A program made the position numbers and the translations under genes. Below, one piece after another: positions 8,631-16,816 of a stretch of DNA of 57,138 nucleotides. The DNA is taken from positions 128,001 through 185,138 of the forward strand of contig JAXLYG010000023.1 of NCBI GenBank assembly GCA_046351535.1, in the 5' to 3' direction. Source of the DNA: Polyangiales bacterium. Lineage in GTDB: Bacteria > Myxococcota_A > Polyangia > Polyangiales > Ga0077539. The notes under the pieces were generated by a model, which searched no databases, was not told the origin of the DNA, and saw only the letters and a list, made by a program, of their open reading frames with translations. The stretch's first letter is position 1, and every line of letters starts with the position of its first letter.

Positions 8631-9709
8631 GTTCCGAATCCCATCGTGCGGAGCCTCGCGAGGTTGGCCGTCAGGCTCGGCGACGCGCCCACGCGGCTCG
8701 CAGCCTCGAAGGCCTCGTAGGCGTCCTGGTAGCGTCGATCGAGGAGCGCCTCGACGCCCTTCGCGTAGAGCACTTCGAAGCTCAGCGAGCGCGTGGCCGA
8801 GGGCGGCGCCTGCTCGGGCGCGATGGCGCGCGGCGCGGGCGTGATGGGCCTGGACCCCGGCGTCTCTCGGAGCATCGGCCCGGGCTCGACGGTGCGCGGG
8901 GTGACGGGCTTCGGCGGCGCGGGCTCGGACTGAATCGGATACGGCATCGGACGCGCGGGCGTCGGGCGCGAGGGCGCCGGCCTCGACTGCGGGGGCCGCG
9001 AACCGACCACGCGACCGAGCTCCGCGAAGGCGAACTCCTCGCCCTCGCCCTGGACCTTGACCTCGTCTTGACGGCGGAGGCTGTCGAGGAGGAGCGCCTC
9101 GCAGCTCCCCGTGAGCGTGCGCGGGATCTCGACCCCCATGGGGTGGGCGCCGACGGTGACCCCGGTGGCCGCGACGAGCCGCGAGAAGGCCTCGACGCCC
9201 TGCCCGCCCTCGTCGCGCGCGTGCCACGCCTCGCCGCGGTGGATCACCACCTCGCCGAGCTGCTTGCCGTCGCGCGAGACGTCGAGCCGCACGGACCGTC
9301 GGCCCATGCTCGCGAGCTGGATGTAGTCCGCGAGGGTGAAGGGCGCGGCGACGTCGCGGAGCCCGAGCTGCTCGACGACGACCTCGCGGAGGTTGGCGAG
9401 CGCGACGGGCTTCTCGAGCACCACGATCCCGGGGCGCTGCGGCACCTTGAAGCGCCGCAGGTACGCCGACGCGATGACGATGGGGACGCGCGCGCCGATG
9501 CGGTCGAGCTCCGCGATGACCTCAAGGCCCGAGCGATCGGGGAGGTTCAGGTCGGTGATGAGGAGCTGCGGCACCGTCGCGCTGATGATGGCGTTGGCCT
9601 CGTCGACGGAGCCCGCCGCGAGCACCGACACACCGCTGAGCTTCGAGAGCCCGCGCACCATCGAGGCGCGCAGCATCGGCTCATCTTCGACGACGAGGAC
9701 GGTGGGCAT
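8627..9709 (-). CDS. response regulator: receiver domain + DUF4388 (PilZ-like) + Pro-rich linker + short helical C-terminus
   Basis: Receiver with LVVEDEP, ITDLNLPD and KPV. The middle region FTLADYIQLASMGRRSVRLDVSRDGKQLGEVVI matches DUF4388. A proline-rich segment follows. Confidence 0.75.
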   Translation of the reverse strand: MPTVLVVEDEPMLRASMVRGLSKLSGVSVLAAGSVDEANAIISATVPQLLITDLNLPDRSGLEVIAELDRIGARVPIVIASAYLRRFKVPQRPGIVVLEKPVALANLREVVVEQLGLRDVAAPFTLADYIQLASMGRRSVRLDVSRDGKQLGEVVIHRGEAWHARDEGGQGVEAFSRLVAATGVTVGAHPMGVEIPRTLTGSCEALLLDSLRRQDEVKVQGEGEEFAFAELGRVVGSRPPQSRPAPSRPTPARPMPYPIQSEPAPPKPVTPRTVEPGPMLRETPGSRPITPAPRAIAPEQAPPSATRSLSFEVLYAKGVEALLDRRYQDAYEAFEAASRVGASPSLTANLARLRTMGFGT

Positions 9710-9716
9710 CAGCGTT

Positions 9717-10481
9717 TCACTCGGGGATCTCGATGGGGTCGGTCATGAGGTCGGTGCCGCAGGGCAGCGCGTCGGCCCAGTCGATGAAGCGCTTGACCAG
9801 CGCGCGCCCGCGGAACATCGCCCCGTGCTGCGGCGCGATGATCTCGATGTCGAGGCGACGGGCGGCCGCGGCCCAGCGCTTCATCGCAGCGTTGTTGGCC
9901 ATGTACCGCCGGTGAAAACCCTCCATGAACTGGAGGTGCGCGTCGAAGTCGGCGACCTCGACGGCCTCGGTCCCCACGGAGGCCCCGAGGTCACCCGAGT
10001 AGAGGACCTTCGAAGTCGGGTCATAGACCTGGAAGTTGCCCGGCGAGTGGAGGAAGTGCGCGGGCAGGATGACGAGCTTCGCGCCGCCGAGCATGAGCAC
10101 CATGCCCTTGTCGGGGATGGGCTTGAGGCGCTCGACCACGAGGTGATCGAGGCCGAAGTGGGGCACGAAGCGGGTCCACAGGGCCGAGATGTACGCGTCG
10201 GCGTCGGTGGTCATGAGCCAGCCGTTGGAGGCCGCCACGATGTCGGGGTCCTGATGCGAGAGGAAGATGTACTTCAGCTTCGCGCTCTGGAGCTGCTGGC
10301 TCGTGGCCGCGAGGACGCGCGAATAGACCTTGTGCCCGCCGGGGTCGAGGATCATCCCCTCGCTGCCGTGGATGATGAGGTGCTGGTTGGCCTGCACGGC
10401 CACGCCGCCCGCGCTGAAGTCGGGCAGGAGGAGGTTGCGATGGGCTCCGCTGGCGTAGAGCGTGGTGACTTGATTCGACAT
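9717..10481 (-). CDS. MBL-fold metallo-hydrolase / ODP-like di-metal protein
   Basis: FLSHQDPD metal-binding motif and H/D ligands through the sequence; 254 aa. Lies between the roadblock gene and the response regulator with gaps of 8 to 25 nt. Confidence 0.7.
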   Translation of the reverse strand: MSNQVTTLYASGAHRNLLLPDFSAGGVAVQANQHLIIHGSEGMILDPGGHKVYSRVLAATSQQLQSAKLKYIFLSHQDPDIVAASNGWLMTTDADAYISALWTRFVPHFGLDHLVVERLKPIPDKGMVLMLGGAKLVILPAHFLHSPGNFQVYDPTSKVLYSGDLGASVGTEAVEVADFDAHLQFMEGFHRRYMANNAAMKRWAAAARRLDIEIIAPQHGAMFRGRALVKRFIDWADALPCGTDLMTDPIEIPE

Positions 10482-10505
10482 GGTCGGTTGCCTCTTCGCC
10501 CTCTC

Positions 10506-10871
10506 TCAGAGCACCTTGCGGACGTCTTCGATGGCGCGCCGCACATCGAGGAACAGCAGGCCCAGCTTGGCGCTCTTGCTCGCGAGCGCGAGGAGCAGCG
10601 TGCCCGAGCTCGAGCTCATCATCACGGCGTAGCCCTCGGTGCCGCGGACGAGCACCTCCTGCACGTCGCCGCGCGAGAGCTCCGTCGCGGCGCGCGTGCC
10701 GAGCGAGAGGAGCGTCGCGCTCATGGCGCCGACGCGGGCCTCGTCGACGTGCTGCGGCAGCGCGCTCGCGATGATGAGCCCGTCCTCCGAGATGAGCGCG
10801 CAGGCCTCGACGTCGGGCGACGAGCTCTGCAGCGAGCGCAGGATCCGGTTCAGTTGATCGACTCTCGACAT
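10506..10871 (-). CDS. roadblock/LC7 (MglB-like) domain protein
   Basis: 121 aa from the internal ATG at 10871: MSRVDQLNRILRSLQSSSPDVEACALISEDGLIIAS...GYAVMM...LLLALASKSAKLGLLFLDVRRA, the classic roadblock pattern. It starts 5 nt after the kinase stop. Confidence 0.7.
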   Translation of the reverse strand: MSRVDQLNRILRSLQSSSPDVEACALISEDGLIIASALPQHVDEARVGAMSATLLSLGTRAATELSRGDVQEVLVRGTEGYAVMMSSSSGTLLLALASKSAKLGLLFLDVRRAIEDVRKVL

Positions 10872-10875
10872 GACT

Positions 10876-11901
10876 TCAATCTCTCGGGGGAACGAGGGGA
10901 ATTCGCACGAGCACGGTGGTCCCCACTCCCGGCTCACTGGTGATCGTAAGGCTGCCCTGACCTCGCTCGGCGAGCTGTCGGCAGATCGCGAGCCCGATCC
11001 CCGAGCCGTTGGGCTTGCTCGTGTAGAAGAGCTCGGTGCAGCGCTCGAGCTCGTCGGGCGACATCCCCCGCCCCGTGTCGAGCACCGAGAGTTCGAACGC
11101 GTCTTCCTTCACGCCCGCCGAGACCACGACCTGATCGCCGGGCCTGCACGCGTCGATGGCGTTCCGCACGAGGTTGAACACCACGCCCTTGACCGCGGCG
11201 CGGTCGAGCAGGAGCAGCGGCATCGCCTCGACGGCGATCCGGAGCGACACGCCCACGGCGCGCGCGCTCGACGCGAGCACCTTGCAGGCCTCCTCGACGG
11301 CGCTGTCGATGGCCTCGGGCGTGATGCCGTGCACGACCTGGTTGAGCCCGCCGATGCCCTGGAGCCCGAGCCCCAGCCGACGCAGCTCCCAGAGCACCGC
11401 GTGGAGGTCTTGCTGGAGCCCGTCGGGCGCCTCTTCGACCAGCACCTCGAGCGTGGTGGTCACCGCGGCGAGCGGGTTTCGAAGCTCGTGCAGCAGCGAC
11501 GGGAGCACCTCTCCCACCACCGCGAGCTGAAGGAGCCTGTCGCGCTGCGTGCGGATCTCCTGCACGCCGTCGATCTGCTGATAGAGCACCGCGGTGAGGT
11601 CTTCGCCGTCGGCGCTCTTCCACCCCGACAGGGAGTACCCCAGGGTCCGCCGTCGGCCCGACGCCTCCGTGAGCGAGAGCTCGCCGCGCCGCTCGCGATT
11701 GCGAACGCCCTCGCGGAGCTGCTCCATCGGCGCGAGCAGCGCGCTCACGGGCATCCCTTCGAGCCCGTCGCCCGCGGGGCCGTGGAACGTGCTCGCGAAG
11801 CGATTCGCGTAGCGAACGATCCCGGCCGCGTCGACCACGACGACGCCCGCAGGCATGTGCTCCATCGCCTGTTGGGCGATCGGTGATGACCGGGTCTCCA
11901 T
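10876..11901 (-). CDS. PAS-domain sensor histidine kinase (cytoplasmic)
   Basis: ATG at 11901 (METRSSPIAQQAMEHMPAGVVVVDAAGIVRYAN..., a PAS fold). H-box LHELRNPLAAV, N-box NLVRNAIDA, G1 DTGRGM, G2 GSGIGLAI. The upstream 100 codons of the long ORF overlap the divergent gene and look non-coding. Confidence 0.75.
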   Translation of the reverse strand: METRSSPIAQQAMEHMPAGVVVVDAAGIVRYANRFASTFHGPAGDGLEGMPVSALLAPMEQLREGVRNRERRGELSLTEASGRRRTLGYSLSGWKSADGEDLTAVLYQQIDGVQEIRTQRDRLLQLAVVGEVLPSLLHELRNPLAAVTTTLEVLVEEAPDGLQQDLHAVLWELRRLGLGLQGIGGLNQVVHGITPEAIDSAVEEACKVLASSARAVGVSLRIAVEAMPLLLLDRAAVKGVVFNLVRNAIDACRPGDQVVVSAGVKEDAFELSVLDTGRGMSPDELERCTELFYTSKPNGSGIGLAICRQLAERGQGSLTITSEPGVGTTVLVRIPLVPPRD

Positions 11902-12196
11902 CCGAGGTGTTCGCGGGTTGAACGCTCGAAGAAAAATCGCAGAGCGACGGTTTCTGCAACGCCTGTGCGCAGCGCCGATCCGCGCCGTGATCGAGCGATT
12001 CTTCGGACGTACCGGGGAATTCTCTCCGCGGGGGGTCATCGTTGACGAGGTGCCGACGAACGTCGTTCTCGCGCGCGAACCGGATGCGTCTGCGTCGAGG
12101 CTTCGATGTGCGCGCGTCGCAGGATCGCAGCGCGAGAACCCGCGAAAAGCGCGAGGACGAACCCCCGACGGCACGTCGCGAGCACCCACCGGGGTC

Positions 12197-13666
12197 ATGT
12201 TGCCCGCACGCGAACCCGAGGCGACGGCGCTGCCTCCTGGCTGGCGTCGTCACGATGACCGCTGGAACGGCTTCGCCTTCGATCTCCCGCCCGCGTGGCG
12301 CGTGGTGATCGACGGGGCGAAGGTCTACGCCTTCGACGACGCCGACGACGCGGTGCTCTTCTGGCCCCGCGCCACGCACGGCGACGCGTCGCTCGCGTCG
12401 ATCACCGACGACGTGGTGCGCGAGCTCGCCGCGGGAGACTCAACCTTCGAAGCCTGGGGCGCGCCCGCCGGAGGGCGCTCGCAGACCGTGATGTTCCGTC
12501 GCGCGAGCCGCGCGGGCGCGCCGCTTCGTGGCGTGTTGCGCGTCGAGCGTCACGGGCCCGAGGCCGTGCTGGTGCGTGGCTTTCAGACCCGCGCCGAGCG
12601 TCAGGCCGAGATGCGCCCCACGATCGAGCGCGTCGCGCGGAGCTTCACGCCGGTGCCCGCGCCGAGGCGACAGCGCACCGTCGACCCGAGCGAGGGCGCG
12701 TGGAGCGTCGAGCACCCCGAGGGGTGGCGCGTCACGGGCGGCGTCGACCGCGCGAGGGCGCAGGGCGGAGGCATCATCGTGTGGCGCGTCGAAGACCCGC
12801 GCAGCGGCGCGAGCGTGGGCAACGACGGCACGATCATCCCCATGCAGGAGCCCGCGATGGGCGGCTGGATGAGCGCCATGATGGGCTTCGCCGCGCCGGG
12901 GATGGGCTGGAACGCGCGCCCCTTCTGCGACGCCGCGACCTGCGCGCGCGAGGTGCTTCTGCCGCTCGTTCGACAGCAGCGGCCCGACATCGTGATCGAG
13001 CAGACCGCGACCGACGCCGAGGTCGAGCGCATCACCCGCGCGCAGATGGAGGAGCCCGCGCGCAGGCTCGGCGGCGTCGCGGAGGTGAGCACCTGCCTCG
13101 CCTACACGCGCTACACCGAGGGCGGCGTCGCGTGGCGCGAGTGCGCGATCGTCGTCGCGTGGCGCGTGGTCCCGTCGGGCTTTCACATGGGCGGACCGAC
13201 GGCGCCCGCGGGGAGCTGGTTCATCTCCGTGGGGCCCGTGATGCGCGCGCCCGCGGCGCAGTTCGAAGCGACGCTCCCGATCCTCGCGGCCGTCGCGCGG
13301 TCGTTTCACGCCGACGCGGGGTGGGAGCACCGCGAGATGGATCGCGCGGGCCAGCGCATGGTCGCGGACCGCATGCGCGCCGAGGCCGAGCGCGCGAAGA
13401 TCCTCCGCGACACGATGGACTACATCCACAAGGTCGACGCCGAGATCGTGGCGCACCGGCAGGCCACGAACGCCGAGATCAGCCGCATCGGATACAACAC
13501 CGTGATGGGCAAGGAGGACGTGCTCGATTCCGACGGGTACTCCTACAAGGTCGACACGGGCTACGACACGTACTGGACGCGCGACGACCGCATCCTCGGG
13601 TCGAACTCCAGCGACCTCGACGCGCACCTCGAGAGCGACGGCTGGCACAAGATGAAGATCTTCTGA
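12197..13666 (+). CDS. hypothetical protein (489 aa)
   Basis: Real-looking composition from ATG 12197 (MLPAREPEATALPPGWRRHDDRWNGFAF...), rich in W/F/Y/H. I recognise no domain. The upstream part of the ORF overlaps the divergent kinase start. Confidence 0.45.
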   Translation: MLPAREPEATALPPGWRRHDDRWNGFAFDLPPAWRVVIDGAKVYAFDDADDAVLFWPRATHGDASLASITDDVVRELAAGDSTFEAWGAPAGGRSQTVMFRRASRAGAPLRGVLRVERHGPEAVLVRGFQTRAERQAEMRPTIERVARSFTPVPAPRRQRTVDPSEGAWSVEHPEGWRVTGGVDRARAQGGGIIVWRVEDPRSGASVGNDGTIIPMQEPAMGGWMSAMMGFAAPGMGWNARPFCDAATCAREVLLPLVRQQRPDIVIEQTATDAEVERITRAQMEEPARRLGGVAEVSTCLAYTRYTEGGVAWRECAIVVAWRVVPSGFHMGGPTAPAGSWFISVGPVMRAPAAQFEATLPILAAVARSFHADAGWEHREMDRAGQRMVADRMRAEAERAKILRDTMDYIHKVDAEIVAHRQATNAEISRIGYNTVMGKEDVLDSDGYSYKVDTGYDTYWTRDDRILGSNSSDLDAHLESDGWHKMKIF

Positions 13667-13689
13667 CGGCCGCTCGAAATTCGCTGGAA

Positions 13690-15198
13690 CTACCGCGCCG
13701 CGACGGTGATCGCGTGCACGCCCTCGCCGCCGCAGGGCACCTCGACGCGCCCCGTCGCGACGTCTCGCGTGACGGTCACGGCGCGACCGTCGCAGGTCAC
13801 TTCGAAGGTCGCGGAGAAGTCCTCGGGCGCGGGGACGTAGAGCACGTTGGACGCGGTCACCGCGGGGTCTCCGCGGAGGTCCATCGTGAAGCGCCGCGCG
13901 GCGCGGTCGTAGCCGTAGCGCAGGGGTGTTCCGGCGACGGCCTCGGGGCGCACGCGCGCGATGCGGCGGCGCATCGAAGGGCGCAGCGTCCACGACGAGC
14001 CGGCGTGATCGTGGAGGCCCCAGGCGCCCTGGCTGCTCTCCTTCCACACCCAGAGCATCGCGCTCGCCATCGCGCGCTCCTGAAGCGTCTGTTGAGCGTC
14101 GTAGTAGGCGTCTGCGCGGATGCCGTTCGGGTCGTAGCCCCACTCGGTGATGAGCAGCGGCGTCGCCCACGCGCGGGCCTCGTCTCTCGCGCTCTCCGTC
14201 GCGGGCGCCAGCGACTCGACGGTGAAGGCCATGCGCTGCGCGTCGGTGGCCGTGAACGACAGCGGGTACACGTGCGGCGCATACACGCCGCCCGCCACGG
14301 GAAAGGGCGTCGCCGAGACCTCGGAGCGGTTGAAGAAGCCCCGCTGCGTCACGTCGGGTTCGAAGGCGATGAGGTGCCCCGGGTCGGCCTCTCGCATGGC
14401 CCGCGCGACGGCGACGTTCAGCCGCGTCACCTGCGCGTCGGTGCCGATGGGCTCGTTGTAGATCTCGTAGCCGAGCACCGTGGCGTCGCCCGCGAAGCGC
14501 CTCGCGACGTGCGCCGCGGCCGCGGTGAAGCGCGCCCTGAGCCGCTCTCCGTCGGCCCCGTCGCCGAAGAAGGTCTCGAACGCGCGCAGCACCTGCCGCG
14601 AGGTCCGCCGCGCGCCGAGGTCTCCGAGCGGCCCCCCGAGGAGCATCTCGGGCGCGGGAACGATCGCCCATCGCGGCGCGCCGTCTTCGCCGATCTCCTT
14701 GGAGTACGCGTCTTGATGGAGGTCGAGGAGCACGAGCACGCCCGCCTGACGACACAGCGCGACGACGGCCGCGACGCGATCGAGGTACGCGCCGTCGAAG
14801 CCTCCCGCCTCGGTGGGCTCGATGGCCGACCACTGAATGGGCAGACGGAGCGCGTTGAACCCGAGGGCCCGCATCGACCGCGCGTCGTCGAGGGTGAACG
14901 CGGGGATCTCTTCGAGCGGCGCGCGCCCCATGTCGAGCGCCACGTCGAAGACCCCGTCGACGCGCGCGTTGACGCCGAAGATCAGCGCCGTGCGCCCCTG
15001 CGCGTCGAGGAAGTGACCGCAGCGGGTCGAGAGCGGCGCGAAGGCGCCCGCGCGCTCGACGCAGGTCGGCGCGACGTCGGGGGCTACGTCAGCGCGCGCG
15101 TCGAGGGCCGCGTCCGGGGGAGCCGAAGCGTCGCCCGAGGGCGAAGGCGACGAGGTGCACGCGGCGACGAGGGCGAGCGGGAGGAGCGCGAGACGCAT
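13690..15198 (-). CDS. glycoside hydrolase family 5 (cellulase-like) lipoprotein
   Basis: Signal peptide plus lipobox (LVAACTSS) from ATG 15198. GH5-like NEP catalytic acid (YEIYNEP) and ITEWG nucleophile context, followed by a C-terminal beta-rich domain. Confidence 0.7.
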   Translation of the reverse strand: MRLALLPLALVAACTSSPSPSGDASAPPDAALDARADVAPDVAPTCVERAGAFAPLSTRCGHFLDAQGRTALIFGVNARVDGVFDVALDMGRAPLEEIPAFTLDDARSMRALGFNALRLPIQWSAIEPTEAGGFDGAYLDRVAAVVALCRQAGVLVLLDLHQDAYSKEIGEDGAPRWAIVPAPEMLLGGPLGDLGARRTSRQVLRAFETFFGDGADGERLRARFTAAAAHVARRFAGDATVLGYEIYNEPIGTDAQVTRLNVAVARAMREADPGHLIAFEPDVTQRGFFNRSEVSATPFPVAGGVYAPHVYPLSFTATDAQRMAFTVESLAPATESARDEARAWATPLLITEWGYDPNGIRADAYYDAQQTLQERAMASAMLWVWKESSQGAWGLHDHAGSSWTLRPSMRRRIARVRPEAVAGTPLRYGYDRAARRFTMDLRGDPAVTASNVLYVPAPEDFSATFEVTCDGRAVTVTRDVATGRVEVPCGGEGVHAITVAAR

Positions 15199-15303
15199 CA
15201 ACCCGGTTGTCTCAGAACGCCGCCCCGGCGTCATCGGAGTACGATCGCCGCGCGACGCGACGTTGCCCGAGGCGCGACGACGTCACCGCGAGGGAGCCCC
15301 ACC

Positions 15304-16164
15304 ATGGCGCGCAACGGAACGCTGGTCACCGACGTCCCACCGTATCGACGTCTCGCGGCGATGCTCTTCACGCGCCGCAACGAGTCCGCGGTCTACTTCG
15401 AAGAGGCGATCGACGTCACCGACACGCTCCCGTGGATCGAGCGCTGGAACGCCGAGGGGCGCCCGCGCATGACGCTCTTCATCCTCTCGCTGCACGCGCT
15501 CGCGAAGACGCTGCACGCGCACCCGCGCATGAACCGCTTCATCGCCGCGGGGCGGCTCTACCAGCGCGACGGCGTGTGGCTGTCGTTCACGGCGAAGCGC
15601 TCGATGGAGCCCGCCGCGCCCCTCGTCGTGGTCAAGCGCCGCTTCGAAGCGAACGAGACGCTCGAAGACCTCGCGCGCTCGATGGACGCGCGGATCCGGG
15701 ACGTGCGCGCGCACGGCGACAGCCACGCGGACCGCGAGTTCGATCTGCTCCTGAAGGTCCCGCACCCGATCCTGAGGAGGCTGCTGGCGCTGGCGCCGTG
15801 GGCCGACGCGATGGGGCTCCTCCCCTCGTCGTTCACGCGCAACGACCCCTTCTTCGCGAGCTGCTTCATCAGCAACCTCGGCAGCGTCGGGGGCAACGCG
15901 GCGTGGCACCACCTCTACGAGTACGGCGACATCCCCCTCTTCGGCATGCTCGGGCGCACGGCCGAGGAGGTCGTGGCGCGCGAGGGCAAGGCCGTCGTTC
16001 GGACCCTGGCGCGGGTGCGCTTCACCTTCGATGAGCGCATCGAAGACGGCTTCAACGCCGTGCGCGCGGTCACGTATTTCCGCTGGCTGATGGAGCGCCC
16101 CGAGCGGCTCGTCGAGGGCGGCGGGGCCCTCACGGACGGAGCGCCACCCGCGTCGAAAGGCTGA
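15304..16164 (+). CDS. stand-alone 2-oxoacid dehydrogenase acyltransferase (E2) catalytic-domain-like protein
   Basis: ATG at 15304. LHALAKTLHAHPRMN, SNLGSVGG and the ...DERIEDGFNAVRAV (DHRxxDG-like) region resemble the E2 catalytic core. No lipoyl or E3-binding domains are present. Confidence 0.55.
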   Translation: MARNGTLVTDVPPYRRLAAMLFTRRNESAVYFEEAIDVTDTLPWIERWNAEGRPRMTLFILSLHALAKTLHAHPRMNRFIAAGRLYQRDGVWLSFTAKRSMEPAAPLVVVKRRFEANETLEDLARSMDARIRDVRAHGDSHADREFDLLLKVPHPILRRLLALAPWADAMGLLPSSFTRNDPFFASCFISNLGSVGGNAAWHHLYEYGDIPLFGMLGRTAEEVVAREGKAVVRTLARVRFTFDERIEDGFNAVRAVTYFRWLMERPERLVEGGGALTDGAPPASKG

Positions 16165-16783
16165 ACCCGTCGCGCCCGAGGTCGTGGAACTCGGCCTCGA
16201 GCGCGGCGAAATCGACGACCATCACGCAGGGGTCGTGGGGGCGGTAGAGCGTCCCCGCGTTGAGCACCGTGAGGTGATCGAAGCGGCGGACCATGCGCGT
16301 GTGCGTGTGGCCGCCGAGCATCCAGCGCACGTCGCCCGCGCCGTGGAGGCGCCAGAGCGCGGTGTTGTTCTCGAGGCCGTAGCCGTAGTCGTCGGGCTTG
16401 AGGCAGGCCATGTCGTCGCGGCCGATGCCGTGGCAGAGCAGCGCGGGGCCCGCGTCGGTCTCGAAGGCCCACGTCTCGGGGAGCCCTGCCAGAAAGGCGT
16501 TGGCGCGCTCGGACACGGCTTCGAAGCGCGTCCACTCGGGCACGAAGCGCTCGCCGCCCGCGAGGAACCACCGCTCGTGGTTGCCCCGCACGCAGACGAC
16601 CCCGCGCGCCTGGAGGAGCTCGCAGGTGCGCTCGGCGTCGCCGGGCCCGTCGACGATGTCGCCGACGCAGAGCACGGCGTCGAGCGACATCGCGTCGAAG
16701 TGGCGCAGCGCGAGGTCGAGGGAGGCGTCTTCGGTGTGGACGTCACCGATCACACCGACGCGACGGAGGGTTCTCTGTGACAC
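16130..16783 (-). CDS. calcineurin-like metallophosphoesterase
   Basis: Motifs GDVH, GDIVD, GNHE and GHTH. 217 aa. Its 3' end overlaps the convergent E2-like gene by 35 nt. Confidence 0.75.
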   Translation of the reverse strand: MSQRTLRRVGVIGDVHTEDASLDLALRHFDAMSLDAVLCVGDIVDGPGDAERTCELLQARGVVCVRGNHERWFLAGGERFVPEWTRFEAVSERANAFLAGLPETWAFETDAGPALLCHGIGRDDMACLKPDDYGYGLENNTALWRLHGAGDVRWMLGGHTHTRMVRRFDHLTVLNAGTLYRPHDPCVMVVDFAALEAEFHDLGRDGFSLSTRVALRP

Positions 16784-16816
16784 GCGGGGAGCGTATCGGA
16801 GGGAGCGGAAGCGGCG

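Noticed and set aside
12295-16164. 1289-aa ORF on the plus strand, and similar giants at 1959..4919 (+), 12440..14833 (-), 23429..27025 (-), 35625..40337 (+) and 37456..40290 (-)
   Set aside because: Their translations are Arg/Gly/Ala/Pro-dominated, with no recognisable motifs. They lie over genes with clear homology in another frame or strand, which is typical of shadow ORFs in DNA with about 70% GC. Only the 3' segment of 12295..16164 (15304..16164) looks like a real protein, and it was called separately.
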